DNA of 64,000 bases from an archaeon (lineage in GTDB: Archaea > Undinarchaeota > CAZHTU01 > JBDRCC01), in the NCBI GenBank assembly GCA_043822065.1, contig JBDRCC010000020.1, positions 54,140 through 118,139 of the forward strand. Reading direction: 5' to 3'. Position 1 is the first letter of the stretch. Every line of letters begins with the position of its first letter. Positions 48,056 through 58,626 of the stretch are shown here, piece after piece. A program made the position numbers and the translations under genes. Under the pieces are notes generated by a model. It saw only the letters and a program-made list of their open reading frames with translations, searched no databases and was not told where the DNA came from.

Positions 48056-49861
48056 ATGGCCAAATCTAAAACTTCGAAAAAGAAAACTGGCAAGGTCATG
48101 ACCCTTGCCAAAGAAAAGGGAATGAAACATAGCTACTATGTTGTCGAGAAGCACCTCGAGAATTTCCCTGCGAAACCAAATATGCCTAGCTACGAGAAAG
48201 CCAGGAAGACCTTCAAGTGGAAAGACCTCAAGAAGGAAATTGACTGGTTTGACGGCGGCAAGCTGAACGTCGCGTACAATGCTATCGACAGGCACACAAC
48301 GACCTGGAGAAAGAACAAGGTAGCGCTCTATTGGGTCGGCGACGACGACAGGCTCGAGAAATACACTTTCCTCGAGATGTCAAAGCTTACCAACAAATTC
48401 GCCAATGTCCTGAAAAAGCTTGGCGTGAAGAAGGGAGACCGTGTCTTCATATTCATGCAGAGGACGCCGGAGATATACGTCGCATTCCTCGGAGCCCTCA
48501 AGATAGGGGCTATCGCGGGAACACTGTTCCCTGCGTTCGGAAGCGACGCACTCAAGGACAGGCTCGGGGACTGCGGTGCAAGCGTGCTTGTAACCGACTC
48601 TGTGCTTGCAAAGCGGGTATACCCGGTAAAGAGCGAACTTCCAAACCTCAAGAACATAGTCCTTGTGGACAAGGAGACAGAGCTCAACCCGGGCGAGTGC
48701 AGCTACAAGGCGCTCATGAAAGAGGCGTCCGACAAATTTGATGTCGTAGAGATGGACCCGGAGGACTACATGTACATGCTCTACACTTCCGGCACGACCG
48801 GCAAGTCGAAGGGCGTAGTCCATGCCTCTGCTGGGGTCATCCAGCAGATGATTACCTCCCGGTGGGTTCTTGACCTCCAGGAAGACGACGTCTACTGGTG
48901 CACCGCAGACCCAGGCTGGGTCACGGGCATTGTCTACGGCATTATCGGGCCGTGGGTCAATGGCGTGTCTTCTGTCGTCCATGGTGGAAGGTTCAGCCCC
49001 GACGTCTGGTACAAGATAATCCAGGACTTCAAGGTGACCGTCTGGTATTCCGCACCGACAGCGGTAAGGATGCTGATGTCCGCAGGCGCTGACGTCGTCA
49101 AGAAGTACGACATGTCAAGCCTGAGATACCTCAACAGCGTCGGCGAGCCGCTGAACCCAGAGGCAATCAAGTGGAGCTATGACGTCTTCGGCCTTGTTTT
49201 CCACGACAACTGGTGGCAGACCGAAACCGGCTCAATCCTGATTGCGAACTACCCGTCAATGAAGATAAAGCTCGGCTCCATGGGCAGGCCATTCCCAGGA
49301 ATCGAGGCTGCAATCATTGACGACAGCGGGAAGAGGCTCAAGGCCGGCGAAGAGGGCCACCTTGCAATAAAGCCGGGCTGGCCCGCAATGATGCGGACCA
49401 TCTGGAAGAACCAGCCGAAGTACGACTCGTGCTTCAAGAACGGCTGGTACTACTCCGGTGACAAGGCCTGGATGGACAAGGAAGGCTACTTCTGGTTCAT
49501 CGGCAGGGCTGACGACGTCATAAAGACGTCGGGCGAAAGGGTAGGCCCTTTCGAGGTCGAGTCCGCCCTTGTCTCCCACCCGGCGGTTGCCGAGGCAGGA
49601 GTCATAGGCAAGCCAGACCCGCTCAGGGGAGAGATAATAAAGGCTTTCATCACCCTGAGGAAGGGCTACACCTGGTCGGATGCTCTCAAGGACGAGATAG
49701 TAAAGCACACCAAGAAGCACCTGGCAGGCCACGCCTACCCGCGGGAAATTGAGGTCGTGGACAAGCTCCCGAAGACAAGGTCCGGCAAAATCATGCGCCG
49801 CGTCCTTAAGGCGAAGGAGCTCGGCCTCCCGATAGGCGACACCGCAACCCTCGAAGATTAG
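48056..49861 (+). CDS. AMP-forming acyl-CoA synthetase (acetyl-CoA synthetase-like)
   Basis: AMP-binding motif YTSGTTGKSKGV; C-terminal PKTRSGKIMRR; TATA AGTTATAAAGG about 25 nt upstream. Confidence 0.7.
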   Translation: MAKSKTSKKKTGKVMTLAKEKGMKHSYYVVEKHLENFPAKPNMPSYEKARKTFKWKDLKKEIDWFDGGKLNVAYNAIDRHTTTWRKNKVALYWVGDDDRLEKYTFLEMSKLTNKFANVLKKLGVKKGDRVFIFMQRTPEIYVAFLGALKIGAIAGTLFPAFGSDALKDRLGDCGASVLVTDSVLAKRVYPVKSELPNLKNIVLVDKETELNPGECSYKALMKEASDKFDVVEMDPEDYMYMLYTSGTTGKSKGVVHASAGVIQQMITSRWVLDLQEDDVYWCTADPGWVTGIVYGIIGPWVNGVSSVVHGGRFSPDVWYKIIQDFKVTVWYSAPTAVRMLMSAGADVVKKYDMSSLRYLNSVGEPLNPEAIKWSYDVFGLVFHDNWWQTETGSILIANYPSMKIKLGSMGRPFPGIEAAIIDDSGKRLKAGEEGHLAIKPGWPAMMRTIWKNQPKYDSCFKNGWYYSGDKAWMDKEGYFWFIGRADDVIKTSGERVGPFEVESALVSHPAVAEAGVIGKPDPLRGEIIKAFITLRKGYTWSDALKDEIVKHTKKHLAGHAYPREIEVVDKLPKTRSGKIMRRVLKAKELGLPIGDTATLED

Positions 49862-49871
49862 AGATTCATCA

Positions 49872-49905
49872 GGGAGGGGCAGTCCCCTCCCCTTTCTATT
49901 TTTTT
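49872..49905. terminator. Hairpin (GGGAGGGG-CAGT-CCCCTCCC) plus T-run between convergent genes
   Basis: 8-bp GC stem followed by TTTTTTT; could serve both strands. Confidence 0.45.
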
Positions 49906-49923
49906 AGCAGCCCAGCACCAGCT

Positions 49924-50388
49924 TCAGTAGAAAATCGACAGCCCTGCGAAAAGTATTATGGCGAACAGGATTTTCTCCGTCAGCGAGCCGGTCCTTATCG
50001 GCCCGGAAATCTTTTTGTTCCAGAATGGGTAGAAAAGTGCGACGCCCTCTTTGGTCATGGCATCAAGGGCAAGGTGGCTCATGTACCCTGCGAAAAACGG
50101 CAGGAAAATCCTTTCCGCAAACGCCAGCGAGAGCATCCCTACAATAACCATCGCAACAGCAAATCCGCTGAACGAGTGTATCCATCCCCTGTGCCCCGCA
50201 AGCCAGCTTATTATGTCGGAAAGCGGCCTTACCTTCCGCCCCAGCTTAGACTTCGGGGTGTCAATGTCCGGCAGGAGCGCGCCCAGCGCGAGGAATATGA
50301 CAAAGAGGAGCCCCGGCTCAAAATAGCCCTTCTGCGCCCCGTAGACTCCTACCACGATTGCAAAAAGTATGTGGGTTTCCCAAAGCAT
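49924..50388 (-). CDS. Membrane-bound metal-dependent hydrolase (DUF457/YdjM-like)
   Basis: LPDIDTP and HRGWIHS motifs within TM helices. Confidence 0.55.
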   Translation of the reverse strand: MLWETHILFAIVVGVYGAQKGYFEPGLLFVIFLALGALLPDIDTPKSKLGRKVRPLSDIISWLAGHRGWIHSFSGFAVAMVIVGMLSLAFAERIFLPFFAGYMSHLALDAMTKEGVALFYPFWNKKISGPIRTGSLTEKILFAIILFAGLSIFY

Positions 50389-50413
50389 GCCTTCACTATA
50401 AAAGAAGTCTTAT

Positions 50414-50896
50414 TTAATCTTTCTTGAGCCTTGCAATGTCTCCGAGCGTTAGCGGCTGGTCGGACGGCTTTTTCTGCCCGATGACGTCCTTTATCTGCTG
50501 CCGCAGGCTTACCCTGAAAAGCCTTTCTATTTTCCTTACAGTCTCGTCATTGGGCCGTATTGCCTCGTGCTCCATGCTCTTGACAACAGACTCTTTCTCA
50601 TTTAGCTTCAATCCCAGCTCCTTCAGGGACCAGCCATTCTTCTCGCGCTCGTGCCTTATCATCTCGCCATACCCTGAAATCAGGTAATCCTCTGCATCTA
50701 TCTCGCCCGGGTCAAGCCTGGCTTCAAGCCTTGATTTGTGCACTATCCTGCCGTCGTCAGCCGGCACAGGCCTTGGCTGCGCCACCTGCCCGACAACACT
50801 CCCGAATTTCGAGCAAGCCTTGCAGACCTTCAGCTTGGTGCCTGAAACCTCGGCAATTACCAGCTCCCCAGCCCTGCCGCAAATTTCGCAGTCCAT
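50414..50896 (-). CDS. mbf1: Archaeal MBF1-like protein (zinc ribbon plus HTH XRE)
   Basis: N-terminal CEICG...CKACSKFG zinc ribbon; HTH IRHEREKNGWSLKELGLKLNEKESVV. Confidence 0.7.
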   Translation of the reverse strand: MDCEICGRAGELVIAEVSGTKLKVCKACSKFGSVVGQVAQPRPVPADDGRIVHKSRLEARLDPGEIDAEDYLISGYGEMIRHEREKNGWSLKELGLKLNEKESVVKSMEHEAIRPNDETVRKIERLFRVSLRQQIKDVIGQKKPSDQPLTLGDIARLKKD

Positions 50897-50947
50897 CGCC
50901 TATCTTATCTCCATAAAAGATTTAACTGTGCCGGTCATAGGAACTGC

Positions 50948-51862
50948 ATGGTTTCCAAAGCATCGGCTCCTGGCAAGCTGATACTCTTCGGCGAGCACGC
51001 AGTCGTCTACGGCGTTCCGTCAATCGTCTGCGCCATAGGCAAGCGGATATTCGCGACGGTGGAGCCAGCCAAAAAAAGCTCCCTCGAGTTCGACTCAATC
51101 AGCATCAGCTCCCCGCTTGACGGAGAGCTTGAGCTGCTCAAGTTCTTCAAGCGCGGGGTAGGCCTCATAGGCAAAGAGGCGAAAATAAGGATTGACTCCC
51201 AGATCCCAATTGGCGCGGGCCTTGGCTCGTCCGCGGCTATGGCATGCTCCTTCCTGAAAGCCGCCTCTGCAGAGTTCGGCTTGAACCTTGGCACCGCGCA
51301 GATAGCTGAATACGCCCTGGAGATGGAAAAAATCGTCCATGGGACCCCATCCGGCGTCGACCCGGCAGTTTCTGCCAATGGGGGGTTCATCGAATTCCAG
51401 AAGGGGGTTATAACTCCGCTGAAGCCCACTAACCTGCCTTTAATCATCGGCTACACCGGCAAGGAGCGCAGCACAAAGCAGACAGTCTCCCACGTCGCCG
51501 AGCTCCATAGGGAAAAGCCGGAGATGACTGGCAAAATCTTCTCACAGATACACGAAATTGTCCGCAAGGCAAAGGCTGAAATACAGCAAGCCAGCCCAGA
51601 CCTTGGCAAGATTGGAAAGCTCATGACAAGAAACCACGAGCTCCTCCAAAAGCTTGAAGTCAGCTCTGCCGAGCTTGATAAGCTAGTCGGGGCGGCGCTC
51701 GAAGCCGGCGCCCACGGCGCAAAGCTTACTGGTGCCGGAGGCGGGGGCTGCATGGTCGCCCTTGGCGGCCCGGAAGTTTCCGAAGCAATTAAAAATTCAG
51801 GGGGCATAGTAATAGAGTCGGGAATCTCAAAGGAGGGAGTCAGAGATGAGAGACTTTCTTAA
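50948..51862 (+). CDS. mvk: Mevalonate kinase
   Basis: GHMP kinase motifs APGKLILFGEHAVVYG and PIGAGLGSSAA. Confidence 0.8.
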   Translation: MVSKASAPGKLILFGEHAVVYGVPSIVCAIGKRIFATVEPAKKSSLEFDSISISSPLDGELELLKFFKRGVGLIGKEAKIRIDSQIPIGAGLGSSAAMACSFLKAASAEFGLNLGTAQIAEYALEMEKIVHGTPSGVDPAVSANGGFIEFQKGVITPLKPTNLPLIIGYTGKERSTKQTVSHVAELHREKPEMTGKIFSQIHEIVRKAKAEIQQASPDLGKIGKLMTRNHELLQKLEVSSAELDKLVGAALEAGAHGAKLTGAGGGGCMVALGGPEVSEAIKNSGGIVIESGISKEGVRDERLS

Positions 51863-53069
51863 CCTGCTCAGGGAAAGCAAGCTCCTGCGCGAAGAGGAGG
51901 CTACGCTTAAGTCTGTCCCCGAAATCCTCAAGAAAAACCCAGAGGACGCGTTCCTTTTCGACGTCGGCAAGGAATTCAAAGTCGTGTCTGGCATCCTTGC
52001 GACCCGCCACAAGTTTGCACTCGGGCTCGGGGTGAAGGAATCCAGGCTTTTGGACGAAATCTCAAAGTCCTATGCTTCGAAGGGAAAAATATCAAAAGCC
52101 AAAACCGCACCGTTCTTTGAGAACTCCGCAAGGGACCTGAAAAAAATACCCATCCCAATCCAGTACAAGGGGATGCCTAAGTACTTCACATCATCAATCG
52201 TCGCCGCAAAGGACCCGGAATACGGGCTTAACCTCTCCTACCACAGGATGCAGATAAAGGACGGAAAAACCCTCCATGCCCGCGTCGTCAGACGGCACCT
52301 CTTCGAGTTCATCCAGCGCAACGGCGAGATGGACATAGCAATAATACTCGGCGCAGACCCGTCGATACTCCTCTCTGCCGCGGCGACGGTCGAAATCGGA
52401 AAGAGCGAGTATGAAATCGCCTCCTACTTCAAAGACCTCAAGCTCGTCGAGCTTGACAACGGTATCCCTGTCCCGCAGAACGCCGAGATTGTGATTGAGG
52501 CAAGGATAACCAAAGAGCGCGCCTACGAAGGCCCGTTCGTCGACCTGACCGGAACCTGGGACATAATCCGAAAGGAGCCGGTAATCAAGGTCAAGAAGGT
52601 GCACTACCGGAACGACCCGATATTTTACACTATAATGACCGGGCTGAGGGAGCACGCCCTCCTGATGGGTATGCCCAGGGAGCCGGCGATATACAACGCG
52701 GTAAACAAGGTGTCAAAGTGCATAGGCGTCGTTCTGCCTGTTCCTGGGTGCTCCTGGCTGCACGGCGTAGTCTCAATCGACAAGAAATCAGACGACGAGA
52801 TCCCGAAAGTTGTGGAAGCCGCGTTCGGCGCCCACTCGAGCATGAAGCACCTGTTCATTGTCGACTCTGACATCGATGTCAAAAACGCAGCCCAGGTCGA
52901 ATGGGCGCTTGCCACAAGGTTCCAGGCGGACAAGCACCTGACCGTTTTCCCGCGGCAGTACGGCTCCTCGCTAGACCCCTCGATTAAAGAAGGGCTGACC
53001 GCAAAGGCGGCATTCGACTGCACGATACCGGTAAAAAAAGACAGGTCCAAATTCAAGCGGCAGATATGA
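51846..53069 (+). CDS. UbiD-family decarboxylase, short archaeal form (candidate trans-anhydromevalonate 5-phosphate decarboxylase)
   Basis: UbiD-like N-terminus (MRDFLNLLRE...); about 407 aa versus about 490 for bacterial UbiD; context with mvk, AcnX, ubiX, IPK. Confidence 0.6.
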   Translation: MRDFLNLLRESKLLREEEATLKSVPEILKKNPEDAFLFDVGKEFKVVSGILATRHKFALGLGVKESRLLDEISKSYASKGKISKAKTAPFFENSARDLKKIPIPIQYKGMPKYFTSSIVAAKDPEYGLNLSYHRMQIKDGKTLHARVVRRHLFEFIQRNGEMDIAIILGADPSILLSAAATVEIGKSEYEIASYFKDLKLVELDNGIPVPQNAEIVIEARITKERAYEGPFVDLTGTWDIIRKEPVIKVKKVHYRNDPIFYTIMTGLREHALLMGMPREPAIYNAVNKVSKCIGVVLPVPGCSWLHGVVSIDKKSDDEIPKVVEAAFGAHSSMKHLFIVDSDIDVKNAAQVEWALATRFQADKHLTVFPRQYGSSLDPSIKEGLTAKAAFDCTIPVKKDRSKFKRQI

Positions 53070-53722
53070 GATTCGCAATTTTCGACCTTGACGGCACATT
53101 AGTTGACACTCTGAAGCCACATGTCGACTCCTTCATAGCGATAGCCGAAAAGTACGGGGTCGAAACCAACCGCCGGGAGATTGAGGACCTCTTCGGGGTC
53201 AGGGCAAAGGAGATATACCAGCTCCTTATCGCCCGCCAGAAGCTTGACCTCGATGCAGGAAAGCTTGCGGAGGAAAAATACGCCTACATGCAGGCGCACC
53301 TCAAGCCGTTTGAGCTTCTGCCCGGCGTGAAGGCGCTGCTTGAGCACATGCAGTCAAGAAAAATCAAGATGGCGGTGGCGACCGGGACGAGCAAGCCAGT
53401 CCTTGTGAAAAATGTATTGGGCATGGCAGGCATCCTGCAGTATTTCGACAAAATAATCACTGCCGAAGAGGTTTCATTCACAAAGCCTGACCCGGAGATA
53501 TACCTCAAGGCAATCTCCGCCCTCGACCCGGAACAAAAATACCCAAAATCCGAATTCCTCGCTTTTGAGGACTCAACCTACGGCGTCCAGGCAGCTCACG
53601 GCGCCGGCTTGCGCTGCGTCGCGGTTGCAACTGGCAGGGCAAAAAAAGTGGACCTGACAAAGGAAAAGCCATACCTTCTTCTCGACACATTAGAGGATGC
53701 CGCCCTAAAGCAAATACTATAG
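53066..53722 (+). CDS. HAD-superfamily hydrolase (subfamily IA, beta-PGM-like)
   Basis: Motif I FDLDGTLVDT; motifs III/IV (K...EDSTYGVQAA) present. Confidence 0.7.
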   Translation: MRFAIFDLDGTLVDTLKPHVDSFIAIAEKYGVETNRREIEDLFGVRAKEIYQLLIARQKLDLDAGKLAEEKYAYMQAHLKPFELLPGVKALLEHMQSRKIKMAVATGTSKPVLVKNVLGMAGILQYFDKIITAEEVSFTKPDPEIYLKAISALDPEQKYPKSEFLAFEDSTYGVQAAHGAGLRCVAVATGRAKKVDLTKEKPYLLLDTLEDAALKQIL

Positions 53723-53766
53723 CCTCAAGGATAGCTTTTTAACTGCCTCACCTTATTCCTTTATAG

Positions 53767-54921
53767 ATGCACATTACAAAATCCGAGGAGAAAATACTCA
53801 GCGGCGAGGAAGGCCCTGTTAAGCAGAAGGCATTGGAGCTCCTTGTCGGCCTTGGAAAGATATTCGGCGCAGAGAGGCTCATCCCTGTCAAGTCCGTCCA
53901 GGTTGCCGGGGTCTCTTACCAGAACATTGGCGATGCCGGGCTGGACTTCCTGAACGACTGGGCTGCAGAGGCAAAGGTCGTCGTCCCAACAACCCTTAAC
54001 CCCGCAGGCATGGACCTCGAGAACTGGGAGCCGTTTGTCGGTCACGAATTCGCTGAAAAGCAGCTTGAAATCATAGACGCCTACCGCAGGATGGGGATTC
54101 AGATAACCTGCACCTGCACGCCGTACTACGTCGGCAACGTCCCGAACGCCGGCGACCACATCGCCTGGTCGGAGTCGTCAGCCGTCGTTTATGCAAACTC
54201 AGTGCTTGGCGCATACACAAACCGCGAAGGCGGTCCGTCCGCCCTTGCGGCGGCAATCATCGGAAAAACCGCATGCTATGGCTACCACATTGACGAAAAC
54301 CGCGTCCCTGTGGTCCAGGTAACCGTCCCGGAAACGATGTTCGACTACTCAGACTACTCTGCCGCAGGCTACTGGATAGGGAAAAATACAGACGGCGTGC
54401 CAATCGTAGACTTTGGCCAGGCGCCAAAGAACGAATACCTCCGCGGGTTTTCCGCAGGCCTCGCTGCAAGCGGGGACAAGGCCATGTTCCACCTTGGCAG
54501 GCGCGAAGGCCTGCCCGAAGTCGTCATGCACGAGGAAGACCTGATTGGCGTCTATGCCAGCTTCACCTCGGAGTCCGAATTTGATGCGGTCTACCTTGGC
54601 TGCCCCCACCTGTCCTTCCAGGAGGTTGGCAGGGTGGCAAGGACTGTCTCGAACAAGAAGCTCAGGTATCCACTCCTTCTCTTCTGCTCGCGGGAAATCT
54701 ACCGCCAGGCATTTTACAAGGGCTACCTCGACATCCTAAAGCGCGCCGGCGCATACCTCATCGCTGACACCTGCATGGTCGTTTCACCCCTAAAATACAA
54801 GTCCGTACTCACAAACTCTGCCAAGGCTGCGCACTACCTCAAGAGCTTCGGCGTCAAGGTCGAGCTGGCTTACACAGACGACTGCATAAAATACGCCCTC
54901 GGAGGAAAGTATGAAGGCTGA
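53767..54921 (+). CDS. Aconitase X catalytic subunit-like (candidate mevalonate 5-phosphate dehydratase, large subunit)
   Basis: AcnX family N-terminus (ILSGEEGPVKQKALELLVGLGKIFGAERLIPV) and Cys-containing catalytic region. Confidence 0.65.
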   Translation: MHITKSEEKILSGEEGPVKQKALELLVGLGKIFGAERLIPVKSVQVAGVSYQNIGDAGLDFLNDWAAEAKVVVPTTLNPAGMDLENWEPFVGHEFAEKQLEIIDAYRRMGIQITCTCTPYYVGNVPNAGDHIAWSESSAVVYANSVLGAYTNREGGPSALAAAIIGKTACYGYHIDENRVPVVQVTVPETMFDYSDYSAAGYWIGKNTDGVPIVDFGQAPKNEYLRGFSAGLAASGDKAMFHLGRREGLPEVVMHEEDLIGVYASFTSESEFDAVYLGCPHLSFQEVGRVARTVSNKKLRYPLLLFCSREIYRQAFYKGYLDILKRAGAYLIADTCMVVSPLKYKSVLTNSAKAAHYLKSFGVKVELAYTDDCIKYALGGKYEG

Positions 54922-55324
54922 GAAAGAGGTCAGGGGGCGCATCGTCTACCATGGCATAGCCAAGGGCAAGGCGCTTGTCTCAAAAAAGCGGCTGAGCTTT
55001 TACGGCTCAATAGACTTCAAGACCGGAAAAATCCAGGAGAAGGACTCCGACATATATGGCAAATCAATCAAGGACACAATCCTTGTCTTCCCAGGCGGCA
55101 AGGGCTCGACCGTCGGGAGCTTCGCCCTCTACAGGCTCCACAAGTCCGGGCTTGGCCCGAAGGCGATAATAAACTCCGAAACCGAGCCGATAATTGCGGC
55201 AGGCGCAATCCTCTCCGGAATCCCGCTAATCGACAAGCTCGAGAAAGACCCTGCCAAGTTTATAAAAACCGGGGACATTGTCTTAGTAGACTGCAATAAC
55301 GGGGTTGTTTCAGTAGAAAAATGA
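54911..55324 (+). CDS. Aconitase X swivel-domain subunit-like (candidate mevalonate 5-phosphate dehydratase, small subunit)
   Basis: AcnX_swivel motif [12 protein letters not shown]; overlaps the large-subunit stop. Confidence 0.65.
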   Translation: MKAEKEVRGRIVYHGIAKGKALVSKKRLSFYGSIDFKTGKIQEKDSDIYGKSIKDTILVFPGGKGSTVGSFALYRLHKSGLGPKAIINSETEPIIAAGAILSGIPLIDKLEKDPAKFIKTGDIVLVDCNNGVVSVEK

Positions 55325-55842
55325 AAATTTTGGTTGGCGTCACCGGTGCTTCAGGAGCGATATACGCAAAGCGCCTTATAGAAGAGCTGAACGGCAGTGA
55401 GGTCATAATAAGCGAGTCCGGGAAAAAGGTCGCAGAGCTCGAGGGCGTAGAGCTTCCCGAAGGGGACTATGGCTATAAGGACATGGCCGCCCCGCCAGCT
55501 TCCGGCTCGGCAGGCTACACCCACATGGTAATCATACCTTGCTCTATGAAAACCCTTGCCTGTGTCGCGAACGGCATCTCTGACAACCTGATAACCCGTG
55601 CGGCTGACGTCATCCTGAAGCAGAGGGGAAAGCTTGTCGTCGTCCCGCGCGAGACCCCGCTAAGCCTCATCCACATCAAGAACATGGAGCGCATAACCCT
55701 CGCCGGCGGGATAGTCCTCCCCGCCATGCCTGGGTTCTACCACAAGCCTAAAACAATAGGCGACCAGGTTGATTTTGTCGTTGGAAAGGTATTAGAAACT
55801 CTCGGTATTAATCATAACCTGTACAAAAAATGGGGAAAATAA
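55321..55842 (+). CDS. ubiX: Flavin prenyltransferase UbiX
   Basis: Flavoprotein fold [16 protein letters not shown]...; 173 aa. Confidence 0.8.
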   Translation: MKILVGVTGASGAIYAKRLIEELNGSEVIISESGKKVAELEGVELPEGDYGYKDMAAPPASGSAGYTHMVIIPCSMKTLACVANGISDNLITRAADVILKQRGKLVVVPRETPLSLIHIKNMERITLAGGIVLPAMPGFYHKPKTIGDQVDFVVGKVLETLGINHNLYKKWGK

Positions 55843-56645
55843 ATAGACTCAGAAAGCCGAAGCAGAAGCGCAGCCTTACGGTCCTCAAGCTCGGCGGCAG
55901 CGTCGTCACAAAGAAGGCGAACGCATTCACGCTTTCCGACCACCTCCCTCGGTTGGCCAAGGAAATCAAGGGCTCGGGGGTGCGAAACCTGATAATCGTC
56001 CACGGCGGCGGCTCGTTCGGCCACTATCCTGCGCACAAGCACGAAATAAACAAGGGGTTCAAGCACGAGTCCCAGATTTTCGGCTTTGCAGAGACCCAGA
56101 AGGCGATGGAAGTGCTGAACAACCACGTCGTAGAAGCCCTTCAGGCGGAGGGCATACCCGCCTTTCCAATACAGCCCTCCGCAATAACCATAATGGAGAA
56201 CGGTAAAATCAAGATATTGTACTCCGGAATAGTCAAGCGCGCCCTGCATATAGGGCTGGTCCCAGTCCTCTACGGCGTCCCGGCACTTGACCTGAAAATG
56301 GGCTTCTGCATACTTTCCGGCGACGAAATCGTAAACAACCTCGCAAACAACCTCAAGGCGACGCGCGTCCTCCTTGCCTCCGACGTCACCGGTGTCATGA
56401 CTGCCGACCCGAAAACTGCAAAAACCAAGCCAAAGCTCATAAAAACTGTCACAGAGAAGAACTATAAGCGGCTCAGGCTTTCACTCCCTGGCGTCACTGA
56501 CGTCACAGGGGGAATGTGGAAAAAGGTGAACGAGCTGCTGAATCTTGCAAAGTTTGGCATCCAGAGCGAGATAATCGATGCCACCCTCCCTGGAAACCTG
56601 AAGCGCGCGCTTCGCGGGGAAAAAATAGGGACTACGATAAAATGA
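55830..56645 (+). CDS. ipk: Isopentenyl phosphate kinase (amino-acid-kinase fold)
   Basis: [10 protein letters not shown] and HGGGSFGH motifs. Confidence 0.75.
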   Translation: MGKINRLRKPKQKRSLTVLKLGGSVVTKKANAFTLSDHLPRLAKEIKGSGVRNLIIVHGGGSFGHYPAHKHEINKGFKHESQIFGFAETQKAMEVLNNHVVEALQAEGIPAFPIQPSAITIMENGKIKILYSGIVKRALHIGLVPVLYGVPALDLKMGFCILSGDEIVNNLANNLKATRVLLASDVTGVMTADPKTAKTKPKLIKTVTEKNYKRLRLSLPGVTDVTGGMWKKVNELLNLAKFGIQSEIIDATLPGNLKRALRGEKIGTTIK

Positions 56646-57640
56646 CTGCGATAAAGAAACGAAAAGCGGACCACATAAACATCTGCATGGAGATGGGAGT
56701 CGAGTCCGGGTTCACCGGGTTTGAAAGCTTGAACTTTGCCCACAGGATTCCCACGATAAGCAAGAAGGACATTTCAACAAAAGTCAAGTTCCTCAAGTGG
56801 GAGTTTGACCTTCCTTTCCTGATATCCTCAATGACCGGCGGATGCAAGGAGGCAATTGACATAAACCGCAACCTTGCGGGCGCGGCGCAGTCCATGAACG
56901 TCCCGATTGCCCTCGGCTCCGGCAGGGCCGCGCTTGACGACAAGTCACTGGCAAAAAGCTACTCTGTCGCCAGGAAGGCAGCGCCAAACGCAGTCATATT
57001 CTCAAACATCGGCGCCCACCAGCTTAAGGAGTACTCCCCCTCGCAGATAAGCGAGCTGGTAAAAATGGTAGACGCAGACGGAATTTTTGTCCACTTCAAC
57101 CCGCTTCAGGAGGCAATCCAGCCGGAGGGCGAGACAGACTTTAGAAACGTGTTTTCTGACGTCAAAAAGCTTGCGTCGTCAGCGAAAGTGCCGGTAATCG
57201 CAAAGGAAACCGGCTGCGGATTCTCAGGCGAGGACGCCAAGAAGCTCGAAAAGGCAGGCGTCGCGGCAATAGAGATAGCCGGATGGGGCGGAACAAACTT
57301 CTCGCTTGTAGAAGCATACCGCAGAAAGGATGAAATCGGCAGGACTTTCAGTGCCTGGGGGATACCAACCCTCCAAAGCCTGATGGAATGCGTCGACGCA
57401 GTCAAGATACCCATCATATGCTCCGGCGGGATGCGCACCGGAATAGACGCTGCCAAGGCAATTGCCGTCGGGGCGTCCCTTATCGGCTTTGCCAAGCCCC
57501 TGCTCGGGCCTGCAGTGACAAGCAAGGCGGCAGTAGAGCAAAAGCTCCAGCACATAGCTTCAGAGCTGAAAATATCCATGTTCCTTACCAACTCCAAGAA
57601 CCTTCCTGAGCTAAGGAAAGCAAAACTCTACGTGATATAA
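56642..57640 (+). CDS. fni: Isopentenyl-diphosphate isomerase, type 2 (FMN-dependent)
   Basis: TIM-barrel FMN motifs (ISSMTGG, GGMRTGIDAAKAIAVGA); start at [13 protein letters not shown] overlapping the ipk stop (ATGA). Confidence 0.8.
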   Translation: MTAIKKRKADHINICMEMGVESGFTGFESLNFAHRIPTISKKDISTKVKFLKWEFDLPFLISSMTGGCKEAIDINRNLAGAAQSMNVPIALGSGRAALDDKSLAKSYSVARKAAPNAVIFSNIGAHQLKEYSPSQISELVKMVDADGIFVHFNPLQEAIQPEGETDFRNVFSDVKKLASSAKVPVIAKETGCGFSGEDAKKLEKAGVAAIEIAGWGGTNFSLVEAYRRKDEIGRTFSAWGIPTLQSLMECVDAVKIPIICSGGMRTGIDAAKAIAVGASLIGFAKPLLGPAVTSKAAVEQKLQHIASELKISMFLTNSKNLPELRKAKLYVI

Positions 57641-58624
57641 ATGCCGATTGTAGGACTACTGCTATACGTAATACAACTCCTTTCCGAGCTTATAATCGGG
57701 ATGCTGCAGGCGGTTGTCATAATCATTGCCACAATCATCTCCCAGCTGTTCGAGATGAAGCGGATTAAAACATACCTTGAGCTCTCCAGGGCAGGGAACA
57801 GCATCCTCACCGCGCTTTTTGTCATCGTTGTCTGCCTCATGAGCGGCCTGAACCGCTACGATCTCATGTTTTCCGCAGCCGCAGCCGCCACACTAGTAAC
57901 TGCCGCAGGAAACTCGATAAACGACTACTTTGACCGAGGGATAGACAAGATAAACAAGCCCAAGCGCCCGATACCATCTAGGCGGGTTTCGGCAAAATAC
58001 GCATACCATTACTCCCTGCTGCTGTTTGCGGCTGGAATTGTGATAGCGGTCTTCATCAATGTCCCGACCGCGTTCATAGCAATCGTCAACGCATTCGTGC
58101 TCTATGCCTACGCCGCTAGGTGGAAGCGCAGCGGGTACTTTGGGAACATAGTCGTCAGCTATCTTGCCGCAAGCGTGTTCATCTTCGCCGCCGGAGTCGC
58201 CAGCACCCTTTTCAGCTGGCTCATAGGTTTCACAATCGCGGTTTTCGCATTCCTCGTAACTATGGGGCGGGAAATATCAAAGGACATGGAGGACTTCGTC
58301 GGGGACAGCTCGGTCAACGCGAAGACCCTGCCAGTAATCAGGGGAATGCCTTTTTCAGGCAAGGTCGCAAGCAGCTACCTCGGGGTTGCAATCTGCTTCA
58401 GCTGGGTACCCTACCTGCTTGGCGTCTTCACTTCATTTTACCTGATAATAATCTGCCTCGCAGATATCATCCTGCTGTCTGCGATATACCTGCTTGTAGA
58501 GAAGCCAAGTGAGGAGTCCGGCGCCAACGTCCAGAAGGCGCTCAAGGCTGCCATGTTCGTCGCCCTGATAGCCTTTATTGTCGGCTCTCCGAATATTTAT
58601 GAACTAGTAGCCAGTTTACTATAA
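57641..58624 (+). CDS. UbiA-family prenyltransferase, likely digeranylgeranylglyceryl phosphate synthase (alternative start at 57758)
   Basis: UbiA motif NSINDYFDRGIDKINKPKRPIPS and a second Asp-rich motif; context next to GGGPS. Confidence 0.65.
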   Translation: MPIVGLLLYVIQLLSELIIGMLQAVVIIIATIISQLFEMKRIKTYLELSRAGNSILTALFVIVVCLMSGLNRYDLMFSAAAAATLVTAAGNSINDYFDRGIDKINKPKRPIPSRRVSAKYAYHYSLLLFAAGIVIAVFINVPTAFIAIVNAFVLYAYAARWKRSGYFGNIVVSYLAASVFIFAAGVASTLFSWLIGFTIAVFAFLVTMGREISKDMEDFVGDSSVNAKTLPVIRGMPFSGKVASSYLGVAICFSWVPYLLGVFTSFYLIIICLADIILLSAIYLLVEKPSEESGANVQKALKAAMFVALIAFIVGSPNIYELVASLL

Positions 58625-58626
58625 CC

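Noticed and set aside
56516-56641. Extended start of the IDI gene at 56516 overlapping ipk by 130 nt
   Set aside because: The conserved IDI2 N-terminus begins at MTAIKKRK (56642), which also creates the common ATGA stop/start overlap with ipk.
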